A stretch of DNA of 33,448 bases from Octopus bimaculoides (Eukaryota), in contig NC_069008.1 of NCBI RefSeq assembly GCF_001194135.2, positions 5,734,268-5,767,715 on the forward strand. The letters run 5' to 3'. Position 1 is the first letter of the stretch. Every line of letters begins with the position of its first letter. Shown here one piece after another: positions 13,925 through 25,227 of the stretch. The notes under the pieces are model-generated. The model was not told where the DNA came from and made no database searches. It saw only the letters and a list, made by a program, of their open reading frames with translations. The translations under genes and the position numbers were made by a program.

Positions 13925-14105
13925 GTCTTGTACTTGTTTCAGCTGTTTTGACTGTGGCCATGCTAGAGCATCATCTTAGAGGGTTTTAGTCAATCAAATC
14001 TACCTAGGACTTATTTTTTGAGCCTAGTACATATTGTATTGACCTCTTTCGTGAAACTGCTAAATGATGGGGACATAAACACACCAACAGTGATTGTCAA
14101 GTGTT
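13925..14105 (-). mobile_element. SINE family B 3' half
   Basis: TACTTGTTTCAG..TTTGACTGTGGCCATGCTAGAGCA...GGGGACATAAACACACC. Confidence 0.75.
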
Positions 14106-14460
14106 GATGGCAGAATTCCGCCTTTTTTTTTTTTTGCACAGCAGATCTTATCAGAAAGATCGTCCAGATATTTTATTAGCAACATGAATTACAATCGGGT
14201 TGAAAGTTGCGGGAAAACCTCCTGAAAATAAAAAAAAAACACCTGGCAACTGACAATGTTTCGGACTGCAGCTTCATCAACCATGACAACCAATTGTCAT
14301 TCCTAAACATAATATAGCAATACTCACAATGTAAATAATTCAAAACAGGTAGGGAGTATATAAAGAACTTAGAAATTACTCATTTTGCCCCGCTTACCTA
14401 TTTTGTCCCTTTCCCCATATCAAGAAACAAACATTCGATAAATTATAAAGCATTGGTATC

Positions 14461-14800
14461 TCAACATTTCTGTGGTGGGAGTGTATTTGAGAATATTTCT
14501 CCAACTAAAACACACAACAAACAAACGTGGAAACGATGGAGCGAGTAGAAGGTAGCCTCCATAGCTAGAAATAGCAGCCAAATGCCGCACACATCAAGGC
14601 ATCTGAGACACAAAGTATTAAAAGATTTAATGTTTTCATAGTTTAATACTTACGGAAATGTTATTATAAAGGATAGTGTTGTTGTTATAAGTGCGTGAGA
14701 TGATAGAGAAATGTATCATAAATGTGTTTGGGAGTCGATCAAAAGAAATTCAAGACGTACTGAATGGAAGCGGAAGTACATTTAGTGCGCATGTGCATGA
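14461..14800 (-). promoter_or_regulatory. Promoter and first-exon block of ZNF-3
   Basis: CGGAAGT at 14771-14777, TGCGCATG at 14786-14793, predicted intron 14603-14653, uORF 14461-14562. Confidence 0.65.
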
Positions 14801-14804
14801 AATG

Positions 14805-14935
14805 TTGGTTTCACATTTTGACACAAGGCCAGTAATTTCGGAGTGGGTGGTGCTGCCTAAGTGGATTACCTGGACCTCAGATGTCAACTGGTATTTATTT
14901 TATTAAATCCCAGCAAAAAGGTGAAGGGCAAAGTT
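14805..14935 (-). mobile_element. SINE family C 3' part abutting the ZNF-3 promoter
   Basis: Paralogous to 5425-5560 and 22899-23015. Confidence 0.6.
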
Positions 14936-14964
14936 TACTAATCTGGACATACCTACACAATTGT

Positions 14965-15153
14965 GGTACTACTAAAGCAGAGTGGTCCCGAACGCGCACC
15001 TGCGCTAGCTAGTCGTGCGTGGTCGATCCTACAAAAAGTGCGCGTGCTCGCGTGTGCAAATGAATATATGTGTTTAGGGTTAGGGTTAGGATCGCCCACT
15101 CACGACTAGCTAGCGCGACTGCGCGTTTGGGACCACGCTGCTTAAGTAGTGCC
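14965..15153. mobile_element. 189-bp MITE with GG-terminal TIRs and 9-bp TSD (Merlin-like, MULE not excluded)
   Basis: TIRs GGTACTACTAAAGCAGAGTGGTCCCGAACGCGCA and TGCGCGTTTGGGACCACGCTGCTTAAGTAGTGCC; TSD CACAATTGT at 14956-14964 and 15154-15162; empty site in the paralog at 23028-23037; internal TTAGGGTTAGGGTTAGG. Confidence 0.92.
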
Positions 15154-16031
15154 CACAATTGTGCCTCTTTCGGGTTTCTTTCTTCGTAACTTTCAGACAA
15201 AAATGATAATTTTTAATGAAATTTTCAATACATACGCAACAGATGGTGTAGATTACGACCGTTTCGGAATTTGTTCAAAAAAAAAAAGAAAAGAAAGTGC
15301 TTGGGTATAAAAAAAAATGCGTATGAAAGGAATATGAAAACAAAAATGCGCGTTAAGCAATGGCGAGGTTTCGGAGAGGACTAGGGAATATTCACAAGAT
15401 CCGAGTTTTTGCCTCATAACTTTTAGGAAAATGGGGTTTTTAAATGAAACTTTATATAAATACCTTTCAAACGGCATACATTACGGTTATAAAGAAATTT
15501 GTGGGTAAATTTTTTTTCCGAGGGGGTAGGTAGTAGACTTCGAAAAATTCACAAGATCCGACGTTTTCGCCGATAACTTTGAGGAAAAAGCTTCTTCAAT
15601 TCCAGACTTTTGGAAAATTAATAAATAAAATAAATAAATTATTTGAAAGTTAAATATCATCTGAGGCTGTTTACACTACATGCAGGAATTGAACACCTAT
15701 TTTCTATACCTTAAAATACCTCTGACGAGATACAACTTTCAAATAATTAAAAATTTTATTAATTTTCTGAAGTGCTGTAACTGAAAAAGCTGTAAGCGAT
15801 GTTTGTCTATTTTTCAATTAAAAAAAAACAATAACTTATTTATTACCTCTCTATTTTCTTATCTTGTTAGAATAAATATAAACCACGGTTTCCATAGTTA
15901 CCTTGCAGTTGAGTACTAACTATAATGTTCAACGTTACTTGTACAGGTAACTCAACAGTACTTTCATAGCATTTTGCTATCCCTCACTGAGATTTGTAAC
16001 CTTTATTTGTGTGTATATGATGATGATGATG

Positions 16032-16069
<38 letters not shown>

Positions 16070-16080
16070 ATAATCGTAAT

Positions 16081-16305
16081 CATCATCATCGTTTAACGTC
16101 CGTTTTCCATGCTAGCATGGGTTGGACTATTTGACTGAGGACTGGTGGACCAGGTGGCTACACCAGGCTCCAATCTGATCTGGCAGAGTTTCTACAGCTG
16201 GATGCCCTTCCTAACACAAACCACACCGAGAGTGTAGTGGGTGCTTTTACGTGCCACCGGCACGAAGGCCAGTCAGGCGGTACTGGAAACGGCCACGCTC
16301 GAAAT
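16081..16305 (-). mobile_element. SINE family A, 5'-truncated
   Basis: Reverse complement of the family A 3' half including the (GAT)n tail. Confidence 0.8.
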
Positions 16306-16334
16306 CTTCATAAAATATATATATATTATATATA

Positions 16335-16722
16335 CTCTTTTACTTGTTTCAGTCTTTTGACTGTGGCCATGCTGGAGCACCGCCTTTAGTCGAGCAAATC
16401 GACCCCAGGACTTATTCTTTGTAAGCCTAGTACTTATTCTATCGGTCTGTTTTGCTGAACCGCTAAGTTACGGGGACATAAACACACCAGAATCGGTTGT
16501 CAAGCGATGATGGGGGGACAAACACAGACACACATACATATATATATATATACATACATACGACGGGCTTCTTTCAGTTTCCGTCTACCAAATCCACTCA
16601 AGGCTTTGGTCAGCCCGAGGCTATAGTAGAAGACACTTGCCCAAGGTGCCACGCAGTGGGACTGAATCCGGGACCATGTGGTTGGTAAGCAAGCTACTTA
16701 ACACACAGCCACTCCTACGCCT
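16335..16722 (-). mobile_element. Full-length tRNA-derived CORE-type SINE (family B)
   Basis: Head TAGGCGTAGGAGTGGCTGTGTG, B box GGATTCAGTCC, CORE-like ACCTTGGGCAAGT, internal (TA)n, tail GACTGAAACAAGTAAAAGAG. Confidence 0.85.
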
Positions 16723-16759
16723 ATATGTATATATTTATAGACATACATAGACACAAACA

Positions 16760-17430
16760 CAAGGATGTAGTCTATAATGACTATGAATGTAGGAGTAACT
16801 TCATCCTGACTCCATTCCATTCGGCTGTAATTTTATGAACCGTATTCTATCCACCCATTCCAATATGTTTAATATTAGACTCTTTCCTTTTCTCAGATCA
16901 TTTCCAGTGTTTCAGTACCACAACCCATTTTTATTTACCCAAAGAACTGCACACCTCATGAACCCTCCCATTCATACTCTATGTTCCTGTCAACTTCAAT
17001 ACAGATTCAGCTCAGCAGGAATTTCAACCATGTTTCGTGGTCTGCTACCACAACAGCTCCTTTATAGGGTCCAGTTAGCTCAAGACATCATCTGGAGGAA
17101 CCACGTCCGGTTTCGGCCCCTACTCCTCTACCGTTTTGACGTGGCGGTGCCCCGCCTTTCGGAGGTGTCTTCAGCTCTGGTGTTGGGTGCATGTCTTCTT
17201 TCTTCTCTTCCCTGGCCTCTTCGATGCAGCATCAACGAGTGTCAGCGTCCGACTGACTGTCTTGTCAAATTCCCCTTTTTATACCTGCTGCTAGGCTCCA
17301 GCAGGCTGCCCCAGCAAGTTGTCACGTGACACTGTCTAAACTTCCCGCTGCTAGGCTCCAGCAAGTATTAACCTCATCCAGTTGCTCTTAATCTTGCATT
17401 GTCCTAAAATAGCCATTGTTTCATGCGTGT
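16760..17430 (-). mobile_element. Degenerate LINE-like repeat (relative of 310-650) interrupted by an insertion
   Basis: Both halves align to the uninterrupted copy on either side of CAGCTCAGCA|..TATTAACCTCATCCAG. Confidence 0.5.
17018..17363 (-). mobile_element. GC-rich ~346-bp insertion, LTR-like
   Basis: Absent from the 310-650 copy; CAGCA at both junctions; 17-bp direct repeat GCTGCTAGGCTCCAGCA at 17287 and 17347; minus-strand TATAAAAAG; TGGTAGCAGA at 17050-17041. Confidence 0.4.
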
Positions 17431-17439
17431 TTCTTTCAT

Positions 17440-17640
17440 CTTTTACTTGTTTCAGTTATTTGACTGCGGCCATGCTGGGGCACTGCCTCGAAGAGATTTT
17501 ATTCGAATGAATCAACCCTAGTACTTATATTTTTGCTAAGCCTGGTGCTTATTCTGTCGACCCTTTTGCTGAACAGCTAAGTTACGAGAACGCAAACACA
17601 CCACCACAAGTCAAGGAATTCTGAGAGACAAACACAAAAA
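17440..17640 (-). mobile_element. SINE family B 3' half
   Basis: TTTTACTTGTTTCAG..TTGACTGCGGCCATGCTGGGGCAC...AAACACACC; paralogous position to 23815-24030. Confidence 0.75.
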
Positions 17641-17699
17641 GGTAAAAAGATACATATATATTTATAATGAGTGTTGGTTATGAGTTTTGCTTAAGTAAA

Positions 17700-18220
17700 C
17701 TGTAGCTGGTTCATCTTGATGTAGCTGTGTGTTGGTTATGCATCAACTGGTCTAGTCTGTGTGCCTGGAGTTACCATATATATAAGAATGACAAGAAGAA
17801 CCAGGTAAATTCAATGTGACTTATTTTATTACAACCCCTTATAAAAATACATGGCATATGTCTTACATATTGTGAAGTAACTGGTTTGACAAATTTTAAA
17901 TAACCTTTGTCTGGAACAGTGGAAGTTGTATCATGGTTGAAATTCTGTAGCAAGTTCATGGCTTGGTTCTGTGTGTTGGGCAGCATCGGTTGTTGTGATC
18001 TGATCTGTGTCTCTCTCTCTATCTCTTCCATCTTCTCTCTACCCAAAAGCATGAGGGACCATTCCTTATATAATAATTGGTGGACAGGAAGAGAATTTTT
18101 CTTTGTTGGGATAAAAACTGTTGCTCAAACACCAATTAGGTGTATAAGACCATTTGATCTTTGCAATGGATTTAGTCCAACCCTGATTTCATGATCAATG
18201 TTGACAATACTGAAATACAC
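17700..18220. repeat. Conserved downstream block, copy 2
   Basis: Similar to 11520-11950 and 24085-24590; contains the minus-strand ORF 17771-18052. Confidence 0.9.
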
Positions 18221-18224
18221 ACGT

Positions 18225-18370
18225 CATCCAATGTCTGTTGTCCATTCTGGCATGGGTTGCATGGTTTGACCCGGGTTGCCAAGCAAGAAGGCTGCACCAG
18301 ACACTAATCTGAGTTGGCATGTTTGCTGCGGCTGGATGCCCTTCCTAACATCAACCACTCTGAGAGTGTA
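18225..18370 (-). mobile_element. SINE family A, degenerate fragment
   Basis: GCTGGATGCCCTTCCTAACATCAACCACTCTGAGAGTGTA. Confidence 0.65.
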
Positions 18371-18666
18371 ATTTACAGTTAGGGAGTTTCCCTTTTTTTT
18401 TTTATTGTTTCTTCTTTCGCATAGAAGGAACTCTTACAATTACAGCAATTCCCTGATGAAAAGCTTGGTTATTGCCATGGAGAAAGCCCACAACACTACC
18501 ACCAGTTTAGAAGCTGAAAATGCTTATGGTTCTTACGAATGGTCACATTGGTAGTCATACATCAATATAGATAGTTATACATTTAGCTAACACTAGAAGT
18601 ACCGAGCAGTCATTTATCACCACTTACAGAAAATGATTCACTACAGATGTTACACTGATATAGCTT

Positions 18667-19824
18667 TTATCCTGTATGAACACGTTTGTGAGAATTTAAA
18701 GCAGTTTGCAGGGAGAAGCATTTACCACAGACATCACATCGATAAGGCTTCTCTCCAGTGTGAATACGTTTGTGTCTAGTTAATGTAATGCTTACAGAGA
18801 ATGATTTACCACAAACGTCACAGTGGAATGGCTTCATTCCAGTATGAACACGTATGTGAGAATTTAAAGCACTTCGATCAGAGAATGATGAACTACAGAC
18901 ATCACAGTGATATGGCTTCTCTCCTGAATGAATACGTTTGTGTGTAGTCAAGCTACCTTTTTGTAAGAATGATTTACCACAGATGTCACAGTGAAATGGC
19001 TTCTCCCCTGTATGAAAAGACATGTGCGAATTAAAAGCACTTCGGCCAAAGAATGATGCAAAACACACGTCACAATCATAAGGCTTCTCTCCTGTATGAA
19101 TACGTTTGTGTGCAGTCAAGCTACCTTTTTGAAAGAATGATTTACCACAGATATCACAGTGAAATAACTTTTCCCCTGTATGAACACGTTTGTGAGAATT
19201 TAAAGCACTTTGTTCAAAGAATGATGTACCACAAACATCACAGCGATAAGGCTTGTCTCCTGTATGAATACGTTTGTGTCTAGTCAAGTTATTACTTTGA
19301 GGGAATGATTTACCACAAATGTCACAGTGAAATGGCTTCTCCCCTGTATGAATACGTTGATGTGTAGTCAAGTTATTACTTTGAGGGAATGATTTACCAC
19401 AGATGTCACAGTGAAATGGCTTTTCCCCTGTATGAATACGTTGGTGTGTTGTCAGGTTAATTTTTTTAGAGAATGATTTACCACAGATGTCACAGTGAAA
19501 TGGCTTCTCCACTGCATGAATACGTTGGTGTGTAGTCAAGTTAATCTTTTTAGAGAATGCTTTACCACAAATATCGCAGTCAAATGGTTTCTCTCCTGTA
19601 TGAATACGTTGGTGTGTAGTGAAGTTAATTTTTTTAGAGAATGATTTACCACAGATATCACAGTGAAATGGCTTCTCCCCTGTATGAATACGTTTGTGCA
19701 TATTCAAGTGACTCTTTTGAGAGAAAGACTTTTTACAGACATCACAGTCATGTGACAATTTTCGTCTCCCTTTTTCTCTATCTTCTGGAAAAGTCAGTTC
19801 CATCAATTTCTCATTCTTTTCCAT
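18667..19824 (-). CDS. Poly-C2H2 zinc-finger protein ZNF-4 (385 aa, 13 fingers)
   Basis: 13 tandem C2H2 units; TAA replaces the linker Glu codon and half a finger follows the stop. Confidence 0.93.
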   Translation of the reverse strand: MEKNEKLMELTFPEDREKGRRKLSHDCDVCKKSFSQKSHLNMHKRIHTGEKPFHCDICGKSFSKKINFTTHQRIHTGEKPFDCDICGKAFSKKINLTTHQRIHAVEKPFHCDICGKSFSKKINLTTHQRIHTGEKPFHCDICGKSFPQSNNLTTHQRIHTGEKPFHCDICGKSFPQSNNLTRHKRIHTGDKPYRCDVCGTSFFEQSALNSHKRVHTGEKLFHCDICGKSFFQKGSLTAHKRIHTGEKPYDCDVCFASFFGRSAFNSHMSFHTGEKPFHCDICGKSFLQKGSLTTHKRIHSGEKPYHCDVCSSSFSDRSALNSHIRVHTGMKPFHCDVCGKSFSVSITLTRHKRIHTGEKPYRCDVCGKCFSLQTALNSHKRVHTG

Positions 19825-20384
19825 TATTTTTCTTTAAAAATCACAATATATATATATATATTTTTTCTTTTTCGCTTCTATAGTCTTTTGTTTACAAATA
19901 TTTCAACTGCTGTGTTTCTGTCCAGTGTTACCTTTGTCCCAAAATACTTTAATAAATTTATCCAAGTTTAATCTGCAAACACACTCATCTTGTAGACACT
20001 CCAGCCAGTGATGTCCACAAAGTTTGCTAATAACACATTTCAGAGTAAATATATCAGAGGAATTCTACCATAGATTTACAGAAACAATCTTATATATCTG
20101 CTCTGTACAATATTTTCATTTTGGTCTTTAAAAGATGATAAATAATGAGAATGTATCTTCAGTTATTCCAATGTCATCTGATATTCTGAAATAATGAAGA
20201 AACAACAGTGTAAGATATAGAAGTTACTTAAAAAATACAGATTCAACATTTCCTTAGAGATAAACTCTAGAAATAAACATTTACTTGAAAAAAAGAACTT
20301 TTTAATTTATTAAAATTTACATCAGAAAATCTTGTGTGAAGCTAACATACTTCTAAACTTCAGGTGCACATTCACACACACACA

Positions 20385-20510
20385 CATATATTGGGCTTCT
20401 TCCAGTTTCTGTCCAAGCAAATCCTCTCACAAGGCTTTGGTTAGCCAGAGATTATTGTTGAAAATACTTGCCTAAGGTGGTACACAGTGGGGCTGAACCC
20501 GGAACCATAT
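20385..20510 (-). mobile_element. SINE family B head/CORE fragment
   Basis: Minus strand GGTTCCGGGTTCAGCCCCACTG..ACCTTAGGCAAGT..ACCAAAGCCTTGTGAG. Confidence 0.7.
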
Positions 20511-20539
20511 ATATGTGTGTGTGTGTGATATATATATAT

Positions 20540-20868
20540 GGCACTGACGCCTTCCTGGCACGTGTAAAGACATTCAAGCGAGATCGTTGCCAGTGTCGCT
20601 GGACTGGCTCCTGTGCAGGTGGCACGTAAAATACACCATTTTGAGCGTGGCCATTGCCAGTACCTCCTGACTGGCTTTCGTGAAGGTGGCACGTAAATGC
20701 ACCCACTACACTCTCTGAGTGGTTAGCGTTAGGCAGGGCATCCAGCTGTAGAAACTCTGCCAAATCAGATTGGAGCCTGGTGTAGCCATCTGGTTTCACC
20801 AGTCCTCAGTCAAATCATCCAACCCATGCTAGCATGGAAAGCGGACGTTAAACGATGATGATGATGAT
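20540..20868 (+). mobile_element. SINE family A, longest copy in the window
   Basis: Contains both internal repeat units and the GGACGTTAAAC(GAT)5 tail. Confidence 0.82.
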
Positions 20869-21234
20869 GTGTGTGTATAGCTCACGATAAGGTCATGATT
20901 TCAATTCTCAGCAGCATGTTGTTCCCTTGCGCAAGACAAGTTCCTCCACTTCACTCAGCTGAGAAATGTAAATTCTACCTGCAATCCTTCCTAGGTTTCT
21001 TTGCGGATCCTACCTTGTGTGTCTCCGTTGTGAAATTTTTTTTTTTTTTAAATCAAAATTTCAAATATGGACAGTCCAAAGTTTTGGCTTAAATCCCAGC
21101 AATGGACTATTAGATGTGATGATGGAAAACATCAATACGTCAGAGTGACAAACAAACGTGGAGGGTAGGTGATCATGAGATGAGCTAAAAACAACAGCTA
21201 AATAACCCTTAAATCACGCATCAAAAAAATATAT

Positions 21235-22082
21235 GGCACTATCATGCTATTAGCTGTCAGAAGTGAAAGTGCTCACTGCTAGTGAAGTATCTGTCTGTCT
21301 GCCTGNNNNNNNNNNNNNNNNNNNNNNNNNNNNNNNNNNNNNNNNNNNNNNNNNNNNNNNNNNNNNNNNNNNNNNNNNNNNNNNNNNNNNNNNNNNNNNN
21401 NNNNNNNNNNNNNNNNNNNNNNNNNNNNNNNNNNNNNNNNNNNNNNNNNNNNNNNNNNNNNNNNNNNNNNNNNNNNNNNNNNNNNNNNNNNNNNNNNNNN
21501 NNNNNNNNNNNNNNNNNNNNNNNNNNNNNNNNNNNNNNNNNNNNNNNNNNNNNNNNNNNNNNNNNNNNNNNNNNNNNNNNNNNNNNNNNNNNNNNNNNNN
21601 NNNNNNNNNNNNNNNNNNNNNNNNNNNNNNNNNNNNNNNNNNNNNNNNNNNNNNNNNNNNNNNNNNNNNNNNNNNNNNNNNNNNNNNNNNNNNNNNNNNN
21701 NNNNNNNNNNNNNNNNNNNNNNNNNNNNNNNNNNNNNNNNNNNNNNNNNNNNNNNNNNNNNNNNNNNNNNNNNNNNNNNNNNNNNNNNNNNNNNNNNNNN
21801 NNNNNNNNNNNNNNNNNNNNNNNNNNNNNNNNNNNNNNNNNNNNNNNNNNNNNNNNNNNNNNNNNNNNNNNNNNNNNNNNNNNNNNNNNNNNNNNNNNNN
21901 NNNNNNNNNNNNNNNNNNNNNNNNNNNNNNNNNNNNNNNNNNNNNNNNNNNNNNNNNNNNNNNNNNNNNNNNNNNNNNNNNNNNNNNNNNNNNNNNNNNN
22001 NNNNNNNNNNNNNNNNNNNNNNNCAGATACTTCACTAGCAGTGAGCACTTTCACTTCTGACAGCTAATAGCATGACAGTTCC
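21235..22082. mobile_element. Foldback MITE with ~60-bp TIRs and 8-bp TSD (interior is an N gap), in the ZNF-4 intron
   Basis: GGCACTATCATGCTATTAGCTGTCAGAAGTGAAAGTGCTCACTGCTAGTGAAGTATCTG and its near-perfect inverse ending ..CATGACAGTTCC; AAATATAT at 21227-21234 and 22083-22090. Confidence 0.85.
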
Positions 22083-22287
22083 AAATATATATATATATAT
22101 ATATTCGGTTTCGGCATAATCGTATGAATTCCCATGCATAGAACACAAATTCACAAACACTCAGTGAAAAGTCCAATAGAAAAGTGTCAAAAGGGTTAGT
22201 TACTCATGTTGCCCCGCTTTCTAATTATGTCCCCTTCTCTATATCGATGAATATACACTCGATAACTTATAATAAAGCATTGCTTTC

Positions 22288-22650
22288 TCAATATGTCTGT
22301 GGTTGGAGTGTATTTGAGGATATTTCTCCAACTAAAACACACAACAAACTAACGTGGAAATGATGGATCGTGTAGAAAGCAGCCTCCATAGCTAGAAATA
22401 GCAGCCAAATGTCGATCAAAAGACATCTGAGACACAAAGTATTAAAAGATTAAATGTTTCCATTGTTTAATACTTACGGAAATGTTCTTATAAAGGATAG
22501 TGTTGTTGTTAGAAGTGCATCAGGTGGTTGAGAAATGTATTATAAATGTGTTCGGGAGTTTATAAAGAGAAATTCTAGCGCCAGACATGTTTGTCAAGAT
22601 GTAATGAATGGAGGCGGAAGTACGTTTAGTGCGCATGTGCATGAAATGTT
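22288..22650 (-). promoter_or_regulatory. Promoter and first-exon block of ZNF-4
   Basis: CGGAAGT at 22615-22621, TGCGCATG at 22630-22637, predicted intron 22427-22477, uORF 22288-22389. Confidence 0.65.
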
Positions 22651-22679
22651 GGTTTCACATTTTGACACAAGGCCAGCAA

Positions 22680-22898
22680 GGTACTACTAAAGCAGCACGG
22701 TCCCGAGAGCGCGGTCGCGTGTCCGCGCTAGCTAGTCGTGAGTGGTCGATCCTAGCCCTGACCCTGTCCCTAATCCTAACCCTAACCCGCGTGTGCAAAT
22801 GAATACGCGTTTAGGGTTGGGGTTGGGATCGACCACTCACGACTGGCTGGCACGGACGCGCGACTGCGCGTTCGGGACCGTGCTGCTTTAGTAGTACC
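22680..22898. mobile_element. 219-bp MITE with perfect 27-bp TIRs and 9-bp TSD (same family as 14965-15153)
   Basis: GGTACTACTAAAGCAGCACGGTCCCGA ... TCGGGACCGTGCTGCTTTAGTAGTACC; TSD GGCCAGCAA at 22671-22679 and 22899-22907; empty site GGCCAGTAA at 14827-14835; internal CCCTAA and TTAGGG-like repeats. Confidence 0.95.
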
Positions 22899-23015
22899 GG
22901 CCAGCAACTTCGGGTTGGGGGCTGCTGCCTAAGTCGATTACCTGGACCTCAGTAGTCAACTGGTATTTATTTTATTAAATCCCAGCAAAAAGGTGAAGGG
23001 CAAAGTTTACTAATT
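22899..23015 (-). mobile_element. SINE family C fragment in the ZNF-4 promoter, split by the MITE
   Basis: Nearly identical to 14827-14945. Confidence 0.6.
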
Positions 23016-23814
23016 TGGAAATACCTACACAATTTGTACCTCTTTCGTGTTTGTTTCTTCGAAACTTTCAGACAAAAAGGATAAATTTTAATGAAATTTT
23101 CAATACATACGCCAGGGATGGCGTAGATTACGACCGTTTCGGAATTTGTTCTGGAGAAGAAAAAAAAACCCTCTTAATATTTACAATATTATCCGGAAAC
23201 GAGAAAAAAGTGCAAGTGATGTGAAAATAAATGTGTACGAAAGGTATATGAAAACAAAAATGCGCGGTGTGAGGAGAGGACTAAGGAATATTCACAAGAC
23301 GCGAGTTTTTCCCTCATAACTCTTATGAAAAAGGGGTTTTTTAATGAATACCTTTCAAACGGCATACATTACGGTTATAAAGAAATTTGTGGGTTTAATT
23401 TTTTTCCGAATGGGGTAGAGAGAGGACTTCGAAAAGTTCACAAGATCCAACGTTTTCGCTGGTAACTTTGAGGAAAATAAATAGCTTTTAATGAAATTGC
23501 ATAGAAATACTTTTCAAATGGCATGGTTGCTTTTTAATTAATAAAACGACTTTCCTCAACTTTCTCCGTGTCCCCCGTCCAATGGGGGGGGGGGCACTTT
23601 CTCATTTTCCTTCTGCTCCGGGGCCTTACCTCGGCCCTGGGGGCAGTTCTTACGCAAACCTTATGTACCGTCCCACCCATACCCTGGCGTTCTTATCAAC
23701 TTCAATTTAGATTCAGTGCACCATATACGAACGTCATCGAGTTACTATTAATCTTGTACTATGTAAAAATGGCCATTCTTTCATATACGTTTGTGTTGGT
23801 CTATTTATCTCTCC

Positions 23815-24030
23815 TTTATTACTTGTTTCAGTCGTCTGACTGCGGCCATGCTGGGGCAACGCCTGAAAGAAATTTCAGTCGAATGAATCGACCGCGCTTC
23901 TTACCTTTTTGTTAAGCCTGGTACTTATTCTATCATTCATTTTTGCTGAACAGCTAATTTATGAGGATGTAAACACACCACCACTAGTTGTCAAGCAATA
24001 TTTAAAGACAAACACAGACACAAAGATGTA
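23815..24030 (-). mobile_element. SINE family B 3' half
   Basis: TACTTGTTTCAGTC..GACTGCGGCCATGCTGGGGCA...GTTGTCAAGC. Confidence 0.75.
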
Positions 24031-24084
24031 TTTAGATACACACATATTTATACTCAGTGTTGGTTATGAGTTTTGCTTAAATTA

Positions 24085-24590
24085 ACTGTGGCTGGTTCAT
24101 CTTGATGTAGCTGTGCGTTGGTTATGCATCAACTGGTCTAGTCTGTGTGCCTGGAGTGACAGAAGATAAATGAATGACAAGAAGAACCAGGTAAATTCAA
24201 TGCAACTGTTATTTATTACAACCCCTTATAAAAATACATGGCAAATGTCTTACATATTGTGAAGTAACTGGTTTTGCAAGTTTTAAATAACCTTTGTCTG
24301 GAACAGTAGAAGTTGTATCATAGTTGAAATTCTGTAGCATGTTCATAGTTTGTATGCTGGGCAGCAGTGGTTCTTGTGATCTGATCTGTCTCTCGCTCTC
24401 TTCCATCTTCTCTCTGCCCAAAAGCATGAGGGACCATTCCTTATATGACTGGTGGACAAGAAGAGAATTTATCTGCTTTGGGATAAAAACACTTGCTAAA
24501 ACACTGATTGGCTACTTAAGACCATTTGATCTTTGCAATGGATTTAGTCCAACCTTGATTTTGTGATCCATGTTGGCAATATTGAAATAC
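24085..24590. repeat. Conserved downstream block, copy 3
   Basis: Similar to 11520-11950 and 17700-18220; contains the minus-strand ORF 24209-24427. Confidence 0.9.
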
Positions 24591-25227
24591 ACACATCATC
24601 CTAATTAGCATTTAATGTCCATTGACCATGCTGGCATGGGTTGGATGGNNNNNNNNNNATGGGTTGGATGGTTTGACCAGGGTTGGCAAGCAGTAAGTTA
24701 TCTAAGGTGTGGTGACATAAACTACACAGTTGGGAGGTTCTTATCACACACTGTTCTATCTCCTCTCCTGTGTGAATATAGTTAGTTAGAGAGATCGTTC
24801 ATTTTTTTTTTCTTTGACATTTATAACAATTCCCTGATGAGTTGCTTGGTTATTGCCATGGAGAAAGCCCACAACATTATCACCAGTGTAGGAGGAGGCC
24901 AAAATGCTTCTTGTTCACATGAATTGTCACATTGATATTCACACATCTATATGAACAGATGCACATTTAGTTAACACTAGAAGTACCAAACGGTCATTTA
25001 TCATCAATTTTGCTTATTACTTTTTAATTTCTACAACTGTATTGAATGTACAATCATGAGCATCATTTCATATATATGTGTCTATAGATATATATGTTTT
25101 TTTTACATGTAAATAAATGCTAAAAGAATATATTCACTGCATTTGCTGATATTTAAAACAAATTGTATTAAAGTATAGATTTTCAATGGCAGTCAAAAAG
25201 TTACCCCTATGGTCCTTGTAGGGTTAA

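Noticed and set aside
14245-14300. Minus-strand TTGATGA...GAAAC resembling a Penelope-type hammerhead
   Set aside because: The core starts with T instead of C, and stems I and II do not pair convincingly.
15073-15090. True or interstitial telomere
   Set aside because: Only a few hexamers, lying inside a TIR-bounded element with a TSD.
17105-17180. Minus-strand CTGAAGA...CGAAAC hammerhead-like order inside the LTR-like insertion
   Set aside because: No closing pair for stem II and no stem I or III found.
16835-17329. 164-aa plus-strand ORF
   Set aside because: Spans the junction of a decayed repeat and an unrelated insertion; no recognisable domain.
24630-24675. Direct repeat ATGGGTTGGATGG on both sides of a 10-N gap
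   Set aside because: Most likely overlapping contig ends, not a biological duplication.
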